Part shown: positions 28,541-37,275 of the stretch, in pieces
Position numbering within the stretch: the stretch's first letter is position 1
Layout: each line of letters starts with the position of its first letter
DNA from: a virus
DNA: 64,000 bases
Virus record (IMG/VR): IMGVR_UViG_3300035698_018280
Coordinates: 1-64,000 of that record
Strand: one strand, 5' to 3'
Made by a program: the position numbers and the translations under genes
Notes under the pieces: generated by a model
What the model was told of the DNA's origin: nothing
Seen by the model: only the letters and a program-made list of their open reading frames with translations
The model's database searches: none

Positions 28541-29508
28541 AAATGCTCCAACATGTTTTCCGCTATATCAGTCCATTTGAATCCATTGGTAACAAATTCT
28601 CTGGGCTTGCTTGGGTCAAAATCTTTTTTGATCTTCTCAATAGTATCCAAAACACACGGTATCTTTCTACATACATAAGAAGTATCCTTATTTAGAAGAT
28701 CGCTATGCAATCTATTTAAATAAGATATAACATAGCTTCCGCATGCCTGCGACTCCATTACAGGCATTTCATACAATCCCGAAATAGCAGAAACGTAAAC
28801 ATGAGAAGATCTATGTTTCTTAACTATATCCCATATTGGTACTTTTGGAAGAGCTTTACCTTTGGGACTAAATCCTAAAGTATGAACATTTATGCCTCTT
28901 TCTTTTAATGCCTTTGTTATTGCAACTGAAACTCTTGTAGTCTGAGCCTCAGCAGGCCCGCGAGATCCATCAATTAATACAGTAAAATTTCTACCCTGAT
29001 CAGGATAGAATAGATTTGTATCTACTCCTCTTCCTAAGTAATGAGCCCTTCTAGTTTCTTGTTTCCTTTTCTTACTATATTGACCATTCTTATATATTGG
29101 TGTATTCGTATCAAGAAATGCTGCTCTGGATAAAAAATACGCGTCAAAACCGTCGCATGAAGGGATTAGATTCGTGTAATAGAATTTTTTCTTACAATTT
29201 TTCACAAATGATCTAGTAACATTATGAATTTCTTGGAGCATAATATCTGTATCATAATAACACATTATGCCCAGGTCATATTTTTCTCTTATAGGCTTTG
29301 ACCCTTTTCTTCCTATAAAATGATAATCTACTTCAGCGCCGCATAGCTCAAATATCTTTCCCAAGTTGTAACCAATAACAGCGTACACGCTGTTGACTGC
29401 TCTTTCAGGAAGATGTCTACTACCTATAATTATTCGTTTACCGCTAACCTTGGCACGAATTCTCTCATCGCCATGAGCGAGCAACATTTTTTGTAACGTT
29501 TTTGACAA
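28537..29508 (-). CDS. GT-B (GT4-like) glycosyltransferase
   Basis: RGVDTNLFYP and GLYEMPVMESQACGS motifs; TTG start with a GAGG RBS. Confidence 0.65.
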   Translation of the reverse strand: MSKTLQKMLLAHGDERIRAKVSGKRIIIGSRHLPERAVNSVYAVIGYNLGKIFELCGAEVDYHFIGRKGSKPIREKYDLGIMCYYDTDIMLQEIHNVTRSFVKNCKKKFYYTNLIPSCDGFDAYFLSRAAFLDTNTPIYKNGQYSKKRKQETRRAHYLGRGVDTNLFYPDQGRNFTVLIDGSRGPAEAQTTRVSVAITKALKERGINVHTLGFSPKGKALPKVPIWDIVKKHRSSHVYVSAISGLYEMPVMESQACGSYVISYLNRLHSDLLNKDTSYVCRKIPCVLDTIEKIKKDFDPSKPREFVTNGFKWTDIAENMLEHL

Positions 29509-29517
29509 AATACCCTC

Positions 29518-30570
29518 TTAGACTTTTCTGATGACTTCTTTAGCCAAAGACACATATCTTTCTGCAGTTATTCTTGCATCAAAATTAGCATCAAAATGTG
29601 CTTTCGTAGTTATTTTCATTTCCGCAAGTTGTACAGGATTTCTCATTAACTTATTTACGCATTCCTGCATTGATTTTCTATCTCCGCAACAGAAACCATT
29701 AACTCTCTTTGAAATTACTTCGCTATTACCAGGTCTATTGTTTATAATAGCAGGTTTTCCGCATGCAAGAGCCTCAAGCAGGGCCATGCTTGTGCCTTCG
29801 TTTGAATTGATTTCGTACAGAAATACGTCCCATCTATTTATGTATTTTACCTTATCTTCAAATTTGTTTATTCTACCAGTAAGATTGACTATATTGTCTG
29901 TTGATCTTTTTTGAGGTCTTCTGGCTTGCATTTTGGCCATTTTGTAATGAGCGCCTGCGCCGATATAGTCATGCCAATGAGGTTTTTCAAAATCAGTATT
30001 CCTAATCCAGTTTATCCAATCATTAGGATGCTTAGTCGCATTGAAATTATTCAATCTTCCTGATACGAAGAAATCTTTATTAGAATTTATCTTATGAGGA
30101 TCTATATCTTCATATCTACAAGCATTTACTCCATTTCTTATATATCCAACATTATAATTTCTATTATGATTCATAATGCATTTTTTCATAAATTTAGATA
30201 CAGCTACAACGCTGTTAGATTTAGACAAACCCATAAATTTACCAGTTTGAGTATGATTGACTATGATAAATGGAATTTTGCCATATAATCTTTTAGAAAC
30301 AGGCTCGCAATCAGTAGACGCAAGCTTATGCATAATAACCACAGGATTTGTGGTTTTTTTCTCTATTGCTCTTTTCAAATTAGCAAGCGGAACTATTTTA
30401 TACGGCAGTTCAAACATACCTTTATGATCGCTATCTTTGAAACAAAATATACGTTGTTTTACTGTCTCGGCATGATATTTGCCAATAGCAAAATGAAGTT
30501 CGGAAAGAGAGCTATAGGCACCATACGGAAAAGGATGCGGAAGTAGATGTATGATATCAATGACTGCCAT
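29518..30570 (-). CDS. GT4 glycosyltransferase
   Basis: VAVS, IRNGV, GRL and NEGTSMALLEALACGKPAI motifs. Confidence 0.9.
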   Translation of the reverse strand: MAVIDIIHLLPHPFPYGAYSSLSELHFAIGKYHAETVKQRIFCFKDSDHKGMFELPYKIVPLANLKRAIEKKTTNPVVIMHKLASTDCEPVSKRLYGKIPFIIVNHTQTGKFMGLSKSNSVVAVSKFMKKCIMNHNRNYNVGYIRNGVNACRYEDIDPHKINSNKDFFVSGRLNNFNATKHPNDWINWIRNTDFEKPHWHDYIGAGAHYKMAKMQARRPQKRSTDNIVNLTGRINKFEDKVKYINRWDVFLYEINSNEGTSMALLEALACGKPAIINNRPGNSEVISKRVNGFCCGDRKSMQECVNKLMRNPVQLAEMKITTKAHFDANFDARITAERYVSLAKEVIRKV

Positions 30571-30598
30571 ATGGTCTCCTCGCTAATACTTAGGTTAA

Positions 30599-30604
30599 CA
30601 TCGG
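30599..30604 (-). promoter_or_regulatory. Recurrent intergenic CCGATG motif (putative promoter of the main GT operon)
   Basis: tttttgCCGATG lies about 30 nt upstream of the ATG at 30570, followed by a GAGGAG RBS. Confidence 0.4.
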
Positions 30605-30615
30605 CAAAAATGACC

Positions 30616-31611
30616 CTAAATCTTGATAGTTCCGCAGTTACAAAGTTGAGTTGTTATTTCTAGATAATTACGAGTCGCTATTGTTTTTCCGCAAATATGA
30701 CAAACTGTATCTCGCCAACCTTTGTTAATCTCTGACCCATACAATCCGTGGATGTAGACATACTTCAATCTTTCATGCATCATCTCATGGACTTGAGTAA
30801 TAAGTTTTTCTGTAGTAATTTGTACCATATTCTTATATGCAGGTACGATTCTAAGCAAATGAACAGGAATTGCGGGATCAAGCTTCTCTAGCCATTTCGG
30901 AAAATCTCGATATTCAGCAAGCGTTGCATCGCTATAAATTGGAACGCTGATCTCAACATGGGCAGGAGACGCCACAGCCTCTTCTATACGACGAAGAGTT
31001 GTGACCCCATCTGTCTTTGCGACGGCCCTATAGCGAGCATCAGTGCCCTTCCAGTCGATATTCATGGCGCTAACAGAATGACAAACGTTGCTCCAAGGTT
31101 CAGGCTCGCAATATCCATTAGTTTTTATAGTAAATGGTATTTCCAGATTACTACATTCACCTGCTAACTCCATCAACGTCTCGTAGTAGATAAGCGGCTC
31201 ATTGTAGGTGAAGCACATTGACTGACAATCTTTTGAATGGTACACTGGCAACAGATCGTCAATAAGGAGACGATACTTACTAGGCTCCGGATCGCTCTGA
31301 CTTACTTTCCAATTTTGGCAAAAATCACAATCCATATTGCAGCCATAGCTTCCAAACGAAAGCGTCTTTGAACCTGGCATATAATGAAAAAGAGGTTTCT
31401 TCTCGATAGGTTCAGTTGCGACTACGCATGCTTCTTGTAATTTAGTAAGATCAACGCCATGTTTGGTACCAATGCGAGCCTTGCATCGGCCAGACTGTCC
31501 TTCGCTGAGACGACATCGTATGGGGCAAAGCAGGCACTCAAAACGATTGGCATCATATGGCTTGGATAGCTTAGTAGTCGTTGACTTTGAGACGTATGCG
31601 AACTGTCCCAT
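30616..31611 (-). CDS. AmmeMemoRadiSam-type (AmrS-like) radical SAM enzyme
   Basis: CLLCPIRC...GRCKAR, EPIEKKPLFHYMPG, GCNMDCDFCQNW (CxxxCxxC), TYNEP and C-terminal CHIC. Start set at 31611 (GAGG RBS). Confidence 0.88.
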   Translation of the reverse strand: MGQFAYVSKSTTTKLSKPYDANRFECLLCPIRCRLSEGQSGRCKARIGTKHGVDLTKLQEACVVATEPIEKKPLFHYMPGSKTLSFGSYGCNMDCDFCQNWKVSQSDPEPSKYRLLIDDLLPVYHSKDCQSMCFTYNEPLIYYETLMELAGECSNLEIPFTIKTNGYCEPEPWSNVCHSVSAMNIDWKGTDARYRAVAKTDGVTTLRRIEEAVASPAHVEISVPIYSDATLAEYRDFPKWLEKLDPAIPVHLLRIVPAYKNMVQITTEKLITQVHEMMHERLKYVYIHGLYGSEINKGWRDTVCHICGKTIATRNYLEITTQLCNCGTIKI

Positions 31612-31981
31612 CAGCTTCAACCTCTTGTTCAACCATCGAATAATCGCTAGTCTTAGTAAACGATTCCACAGTATGAACACCATACTGCTGTATCAGCTTA
31701 GGCATTTTTTCGTTCCATCGACTTTGATCAAACTCAGAAACATGAAGCTGATACTTCCCATTTTGCAATCGTTCAAACCCAATGTCATTACTCGCTGAAC
31801 CAACTTGATCGCGAGGAAGAATAATATGGGCTACTTGATCTCTACGATCGCCTCGATAACCGTAAAGGTTAGCAGCCTCTTCATGGACCTTTGGATTAAA
31901 TCCAAGATCTTTGAGAGCTTGCAATAACTCGGCCTCATTGCTTTGTAGTATCTCGGTTTCTACGGTGTGGAATTCTGACAT
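31571..31981 (-). CDS. DUF1257 (Ycf35-like) protein
   Basis: MSEFHTVETE...LLQALKDLG, LYGYRGDRR..AHII, SASNDIGF and DGTVRIRL motifs. Confidence 0.8.
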   Translation of the reverse strand: MSEFHTVETEILQSNEAELLQALKDLGFNPKVHEEAANLYGYRGDRRDQVAHIILPRDQVGSASNDIGFERLQNGKYQLHVSEFDQSRWNEKMPKLIQQYGVHTVESFTKTSDYSMVEQEVEADGTVRIRLKVNDY

Positions 31982-32009
31982 ATTGTATCCAGTATAACAG
32001 TCGTTCTAT

Positions 32010-32492
32010 TCACCAGTCAATGCTGCAATAATCGCAAAACTTACGAAGAGCATCATAAACCGCTCCATGTCCGCCATTATTAACAGACTGGTAATTCGAG
32101 CAATCTACGACTTCAGGTATTGCATCTAATGGACAAGCAGTCCATTCTGCTCTTGACATAACTTCAACATCATTCTCTGCATCGCCAATATAGCCAAGCG
32201 AAGACCATTCAAGACCCCTGGACTCCAATACTTGCTTCATCTCTTCAAATTTATTACGAATGCCTATATAGATCGTAAAGTCAAAGTCTAAGCATTTTTC
32301 CACAATTATAGAGTCATCTGCAGAAGTCATAATCAGGATTTCGTAACCAAGCTGCCTCATGCGATTGAGCGCATAAAAATCTCGTGTATGAAATTTTTTA
32401 GAGATAACACCTGCTTCATTCACCTGATAACAACCATCAGTAAGCGTGCCATCGACATCAACAGCAATCACCTGTACTTTGTCAAGATCCAT
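32010..32492 (-). CDS. KdsC-family HAD phosphatase (Kdo-8-P / KDN-9-P phosphatase-like)
   Basis: DVDGTLTDG, KKFHTRD, YIGD..ND and GGHGAV motifs. Confidence 0.85.
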   Translation of the reverse strand: MDLDKVQVIAVDVDGTLTDGCYQVNEAGVISKKFHTRDFYALNRMRQLGYEILIMTSADDSIIVEKCLDFDFTIYIGIRNKFEEMKQVLESRGLEWSSLGYIGDAENDVEVMSRAEWTACPLDAIPEVVDCSNYQSVNNGGHGAVYDALRKFCDYCSIDW

Positions 32493-33348
32493 AGCCTTCT
32501 CCGCTAAACTTCAACTTATTACGTTGAGATAGTTCTTCGTCGTCCATCGACTTGGGTTTGTTTTGCAATGCACGATGAACGGCCTTGAGATCCCTACAAA
32601 GCTTCTGGAGGCCGCTGGGTTCGAGACTGGCGGCAGCATCAGTATGATTGAGTAATCGATCATCAACGAAGTGCCTCTCAATCCATTCCGCACCGATCAT
32701 ATGCGCTGCTACGTCTATGGCGATGCCTTTACCGTGATTGCTGAATCCAATTTCAATTCCGTATTTTTTGAGCGGCTGCATTTTCTCAATTTCAAGTAGA
32801 TACAAATCATCAAAATTACAAGGATATTTACTGGTGCAATGATAGTAAACGATACGATTGCCAATAGGTTTCATCCATTCAACAAGCTCAACAGTTTCTT
32901 CAATAGTCGTCATCCCTGATGATATATGGATCTTGCCTGCGTACTCATCTCTCAGAATATTCATCATCTCCCAATGCTGATTGCAAGCGCTTGGTACTTT
33001 GATAAAATCAGGATCCAAAGAAATTATTTCTCTAGCAGAAGTAATATCCCAAACTGAAGTTGAATATGCAATGCCAATACTCTCGCAATACTCTTTTAGT
33101 TCAATATGCTCTTCTATACTTAATTCAAGATTCTGGCGATGTTGAAGATAGGTTTCTCCGTAAGAAAACATCTTATTCGGATGCGGTTTGTCCCTCATAT
33201 GTAGAGGAGTGCTTTCTGATGGGTTTCGCTTTTGCGTCTTGATATAATCTGCGCCGCACAATTTAGATAGATTTACAAGTTCTTTCGCTCTATCAATATC
33301 GCCAAGATGGACGCACCCAATCTCAGCTATTACTTTTGCTTGCTTCAT
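32482..33348 (-). CDS. neuB: NeuB-family nonulosonate(-9-phosphate) synthase, lacking the C-terminal SAF/AFL domain
   Basis: IAEIGCVHLGD, GADYIKTQKR, FIKVPS, ISSGM, HCTSKYP, GFSNH and WIERHF motifs; 288 aa. Confidence 0.88.
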   Translation of the reverse strand: MKQAKVIAEIGCVHLGDIDRAKELVNLSKLCGADYIKTQKRNPSESTPLHMRDKPHPNKMFSYGETYLQHRQNLELSIEEHIELKEYCESIGIAYSTSVWDITSAREIISLDPDFIKVPSACNQHWEMMNILRDEYAGKIHISSGMTTIEETVELVEWMKPIGNRIVYYHCTSKYPCNFDDLYLLEIEKMQPLKKYGIEIGFSNHGKGIAIDVAAHMIGAEWIERHFVDDRLLNHTDAAASLEPSGLQKLCRDLKAVHRALQNKPKSMDDEELSQRNKLKFSGEGYGS

Positions 33349-34112
33349 GTTAGAAATCCCCCTTGAACTTCCGCCATCTTTTCCATGATTAGAAAGTCCT
33401 GTTCAGTATCAATTTGCATAGACTGAAATTGATCAGTCTCATATATCACTGGATTTCGTCCATATCGACCATGAGACTTGAATAAGTCAGCATCTACTGC
33501 GTAAACATTTCCGTTATCATGAAAGTAAAAGTCTTTTTCAGGTATATCTTGTCGCATAGGCCGCTCAAGATTGGAGTAATTAGCATAAGGCTTCCCATCT
33601 TTATCAAGCTGCCAGAAAAATGGAGTATGACGAGAAACAGTCAGGACGCTATCGGCCTCTTTATCTATCATCTTTTCCAGACACCGATCAATCAGCATAT
33701 TATTACGACATGGAGACGTAGGTTGAAGAAGAACAATATACCCAAAATCCATCTTATAAAGATCGCTAAGAACTTCAAGAGCATGAGTCATAGCATCTTC
33801 AGTTTTTGCTGTTGAGTTTGACAATTCATCTGGTCTAAGAATAGGATAAAGACAGAATTTTAGTTCAAGAGGTGTTGTTGTTTCGTCCAAAATATGCCAT
33901 TTTGCATGTGACTTATGAATCATTGCCGCTGAAATACATTTATCGCAGTTCGATGAAACAGCAGCTACGTCTATGTATTTGCTCATGGCAGCAGCTTCCA
34001 TGCTCCACCAAATAAGAGAACGTTTATAGATTTCTCGATAGTTCTTACCAGGGACACCTTGGCTATTAGCGCGCGCCGGTATTATTGCAACTACCTTTTT
34101 ACCATTTAACAC
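33345..34112 (-). CDS. neuA: CMP-N-acylneuraminate/nonulosonate cytidylyltransferase
   Basis: IIPARANSQGVPGKN, RPDEL, LLQPTSPCR, RQD, NGNVY and IDT..DF motifs. Confidence 0.88.
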   Translation of the reverse strand: MLNGKKVVAIIPARANSQGVPGKNYREIYKRSLIWWSMEAAAMSKYIDVAAVSSNCDKCISAAMIHKSHAKWHILDETTTPLELKFCLYPILRPDELSNSTAKTEDAMTHALEVLSDLYKMDFGYIVLLQPTSPCRNNMLIDRCLEKMIDKEADSVLTVSRHTPFFWQLDKDGKPYANYSNLERPMRQDIPEKDFYFHDNGNVYAVDADLFKSHGRYGRNPVIYETDQFQSMQIDTEQDFLIMEKMAEVQGGFLT

Positions 34113-34873
34113 TTTTTACGATCTCCGTATTTTTTAATGACATCTTGTAGATCCCAATTCTTACCAAAACACTTCAAGATACCGCCAGGCGATGCATAAA
34201 TTATATTTGCTTTATCTTTATTAGTTTCAGCAAATTTTTCCCAATACTCAATAAAGTCTACACAATGACTATCGACAGGAGAGCCATGCACCCTCCCTCG
34301 ATTGGGGCTAGAAAAAACTTCTCGGCCCTGATATTGATATCCTTTCTGTTCATTAGGGAATTGCCAGAAATATCGTTTGTTACCATGATAACAACAATCG
34401 CAGCCCAGCAATACGATCGGGTCACAGCCCATGATGTATGAAAAATGAATAGCTGTAGCAAGAGAAGTGCGAGCGCCAACAATCGGAGCCTCAGCATCTT
34501 TTGTTATCGTGCCTCCGCCTTTTCGCCATGCATTCTTGCTCGGCTCATACCAAGACTTGTGATTAAACAGAACAACTTCGTCAGGTCGGAAATGGTTTGT
34601 TGCGTTCTCTAGTTTTGTTTTAAAGAGCAACTTCGTAGAACGACTATTGCGAGCCGTTTCTCTGTAGTAATTCCAATATTGAACGCCATGATCATCAGTT
34701 ACAAAATAATCACAATCAGGTAATCTTTTTGGAACAACCAACATACCAGAATTTACAGCAAGAGTAACATAGTCTTTCAAAGGAGAGATATCTTGAAAAT
34801 GCAGCGAAGGCCCTGCTCCGATCACAAACCCCATCTTTCCTTTATGCTTATCTTGAAGGTCTGTCAGTTTCAT
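34106..34873 (-). CDS. Maf/DUF115 (MptE-like) putative nonulosonate transferase
   Basis: LQDKHKG, VIGAGPSL, DYFVTDD and YIMGCDPIVLLGCD motifs. Confidence 0.75.
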   Translation of the reverse strand: MKLTDLQDKHKGKMGFVIGAGPSLHFQDISPLKDYVTLAVNSGMLVVPKRLPDCDYFVTDDHGVQYWNYYRETARNSRSTKLLFKTKLENATNHFRPDEVVLFNHKSWYEPSKNAWRKGGGTITKDAEAPIVGARTSLATAIHFSYIMGCDPIVLLGCDCCYHGNKRYFWQFPNEQKGYQYQGREVFSSPNRGRVHGSPVDSHCVDFIEYWEKFAETNKDKANIIYASPGGILKCFGKNWDLQDVIKKYGDRKKC

Positions 34874-35649
34874 TTTTTACGATCTTCGTATTTTTCTAGA
34901 ACTTCTTGCAATGTCATCGACGGAAATGAATCGATCAATCCTCCCTCAGATGCATAAATAATGTTTGCATCAGTGTTTGATTGTCGCAAACGGTTCCAAT
35001 ATTCATTGAAGTCGCAACAATGCTGGTCTACAGCCTTGCCTTTTATATGCCCTCGATCTGCTCTGCAATATGCTGGCTTAGAGCTTGTCAGCCTTACGGC
35101 TCTCTGTTCTCCTGGGAACTGCCAGAAGTATCGTTTGCCATGACGATAACAGGCGTCGCATCCAAGAAGTACAATAGGATCGCAGCCCATCAGATAGGCC
35201 AGATGAACGGCTGAGCCAGAAGAAGTACGAGCCCCTATGATTGGGACGGACGCATCTCGGCTCATTTCATAGCCTTCTAGGTTGTTTGCTTGAAAATCTG
35301 GATTGTGTCCTGATACATGATCGTACCACACAACTTCGTCCTTGCAAAAATGGTCAATCTCATTTACAAGCTTTTCCTTGAAGAGCAGCTTTATACATTT
35401 GCTCTTTTTGGCTGTAAGTTTGTAGTAGTTCCATTGATTTGCAGCGGTATCATCAGTTACAAAATAATCGCAATCAGGCATCTTGAGAATACCAGAATTG
35501 ACTCCAAATGTAACGTAATCGCCAAGAGCGGAAGTATCTTGAAAGTGTAGAGATGGTCCAGCGCCGAGAATGAAAGCCATCTTGTTGAGATGAAAACCTT
35601 CAAATTCCTTAAGGTTTTTAGTCAAATTCGATGAATTCGCCTCGCGCAT
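34870..35649 (-). CDS. Maf/DUF115 (MptE-like) putative nonulosonate transferase, tandem paralog
   Basis: ILGAGPSLHFQD, CDYFVTDD and YLMGCDPIVLLGCD...KRYFWQFP; long blocks identical to 34106-34873. Confidence 0.75.
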   Translation of the reverse strand: MREANSSNLTKNLKEFEGFHLNKMAFILGAGPSLHFQDTSALGDYVTFGVNSGILKMPDCDYFVTDDTAANQWNYYKLTAKKSKCIKLLFKEKLVNEIDHFCKDEVVWYDHVSGHNPDFQANNLEGYEMSRDASVPIIGARTSSGSAVHLAYLMGCDPIVLLGCDACYRHGKRYFWQFPGEQRAVRLTSSKPAYCRADRGHIKGKAVDQHCCDFNEYWNRLRQSNTDANIIYASEGGLIDSFPSMTLQEVLEKYEDRKK

Positions 35650-36031
35650 TGATCTCGATCTCTATAGCAATATTATCTTCTTCGGCTGATTTTGCTTTCT
35701 CTATATCGCTATCAGGTATAGAATCAAAATAAACAACAAATTGTAGCAGGTATAAATGTTTAGTAGCATGATAAGAGGCTCGACGAACAAAGCATTCCTG
35801 CTCATTATTACCGACCCTCAAAATAGCTGTTGCGCTAATATCGAAAGGTTCTGTAGCTATCGCTCCTTTCAAAGGAGGCCCTAGCTTGTCTTGCTCATTT
35901 ACGTCTATCCACGCCTCATAAATAACCTGTTTGCTATCCCAGTCTACTTTGAGGTTTCTCATTTTGCTGAGCGCTATTTCTCTTTCTCGCAAAATAATAT
36001 AATCGTTCGCTTTCGGTATGAATATTTTCAT
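35618..36031 (-). CDS. Hypothetical protein
   Basis: 137-aa ORF in the packed gene array. Confidence 0.65.
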   Translation of the reverse strand: MKIFIPKANDYIILREREIALSKMRNLKVDWDSKQVIYEAWIDVNEQDKLGPPLKGAIATEPFDISATAILRVGNNEQECFVRRASYHATKHLYLLQFVVYFDSIPDSDIEKAKSAEEDNIAIEIEINARGEFIEFD

Positions 36032-36040
36032 TACTACATC

Positions 36041-36241
36041 TCATTCTAGATCAAGAAACTCCCCGCGAGAAGTTTCATTAGATAGTTTATCTATCTCTTT
36101 TTGTAATCTTTTAGCTTTATCTTCTAATACTTTCTCTTTCTTTTCTTTATAAGAAAGCAGTCCTCGGTCTTTATCATGTTGATCCATTTCAACGATCTGA
36201 TGTCCAACAACTTTCATTTTTTTAATATTGCCATATGACAT
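36041..36241 (-). CDS. Hypothetical protein
   Basis: 66-aa ORF with a TAATG overlap to the upstream gene. Confidence 0.6.
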   Translation of the reverse strand: MSYGNIKKMKVVGHQIVEMDQHDKDRGLLSYKEKKEKVLEDKAKRLQKEIDKLSNETSRGEFLDLE

Positions 36242-37275
36242 TATTCTTTTTCCGCGAAAAGATCTTGTTCTTTAAACATGTTCTCAGGAGATGTTTTCAT
36301 TAACCTACCATTACATTCCTTTAAGAACTTACTGTTAACTTCAATTCCCTTGAAGTGCCTACCATGCCTTAAGCACGCAACCCCTGTTGTAGCTAATCCC
36401 ATAAACGGGTCTAAAATAATTGGCTTTTCATAGCTATCAGTCGGAGTAGGACATTCCCAACCAATATGGGTTATTTCTGTAAGGTGCCTACCTATGTCTC
36501 TCAAAGCTTTGCCGGTAATCTCTTTCTTAGACTTCGTGCCAGAGCGAGTAGCGTATCGCTTCCTATCAACAATTCGTATCGCTGGTTGTCCTGTAGTAGG
36601 GTGTACGCCTTTATCGCTTGTTCCTGCCCTCGTCATGATCTCAGCTAAAAGCGGAGGAAAAGTAGAGCAATGCGAAGACCAGTTTTTTCGAGTAGGAACG
36701 TCTAATACCCAATAATCTTCTTCTGGCTCTAAAACAATAGAATCACCATTGCGAAACAAACGGGTTGTAAGGCCAGCTTGCTCTTTGGCTGAAAACTGAT
36801 CATAGTAATAATCGTTTTTGTTCTTTGCAAACATCATAACGACTTCTAAATTATCATTTGGTCTCTTAGCTCCGCCTCTAGGTATTCCGTTGCGCTTCAA
36901 CCATGGAAACCATTGTTTCTGAAACCAACCATGCTTCTTCATGCTTTCCGCAAATAAAAACGGAATATTCATAACATTACCATCAAAAACACGGTCTCCC
37001 ATGTTGACCCATAGCGTTCCATCATCACGAAGGACATTACTAACTTCATCAAAAGCTTCGCAAACATTAAAGATATAGCCATCTAAGGTATCTTCATTAC
37101 CTAGCTGTTCAACATCCCCGTAATCTCGTTGTTTCCAGTAGGGAGGACTGGTTATACAAGAATGAACGCTTTGTTTCTCAAACTCTTTTGGCAAAACATT
37201 TCGAAGATCACCTTCGTAAAGATCAAATTTACCCTGCTCACTATAACTTGTCGCCATAAGGTATCCCCATATCAT
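36241..37275 (-). CDS. DNA N4-cytosine/N6-adenine methyltransferase (beta class)
   Basis: ITSPPYW precedes ILDPFMGLATTG; H..TFPP motif. Confidence 0.9.
   Translation of the reverse strand: MIWGYLMATSYSEQGKFDLYEGDLRNVLPKEFEKQSVHSCITSPPYWKQRDYGDVEQLGNEDTLDGYIFNVCEAFDEVSNVLRDDGTLWVNMGDRVFDGNVMNIPFLFAESMKKHGWFQKQWFPWLKRNGIPRGGAKRPNDNLEVVMMFAKNKNDYYYDQFSAKEQAGLTTRLFRNGDSIVLEPEEDYWVLDVPTRKNWSSHCSTFPPLLAEIMTRAGTSDKGVHPTTGQPAIRIVDRKRYATRSGTKSKKEITGKALRDIGRHLTEITHIGWECPTPTDSYEKPIILDPFMGLATTGVACLRHGRHFKGIEVNSKFLKECNGRLMKTSPENMFKEQDLFAEKE

Noticed and set aside
1970-35649. Ordinary bacterial LPS or capsule locus
   Set aside because: No flippase, polymerase, transporter or priming transferase is seen, and the context is phage-like (gp32-like SSB, Gam-like, solo Cas4, inteins, orphan MTases). 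It cannot be fully excluded without the rest of the contig.
1970-35649. DNA hypermodification (glycosylated base) system
   Set aside because: No dNMP hydroxymethylase, thymidylate-synthase-like or TET/JBP gene is visible in the window, and the enzyme set resembles surface-glycan chemistry. It is kept only as an alternative to test.
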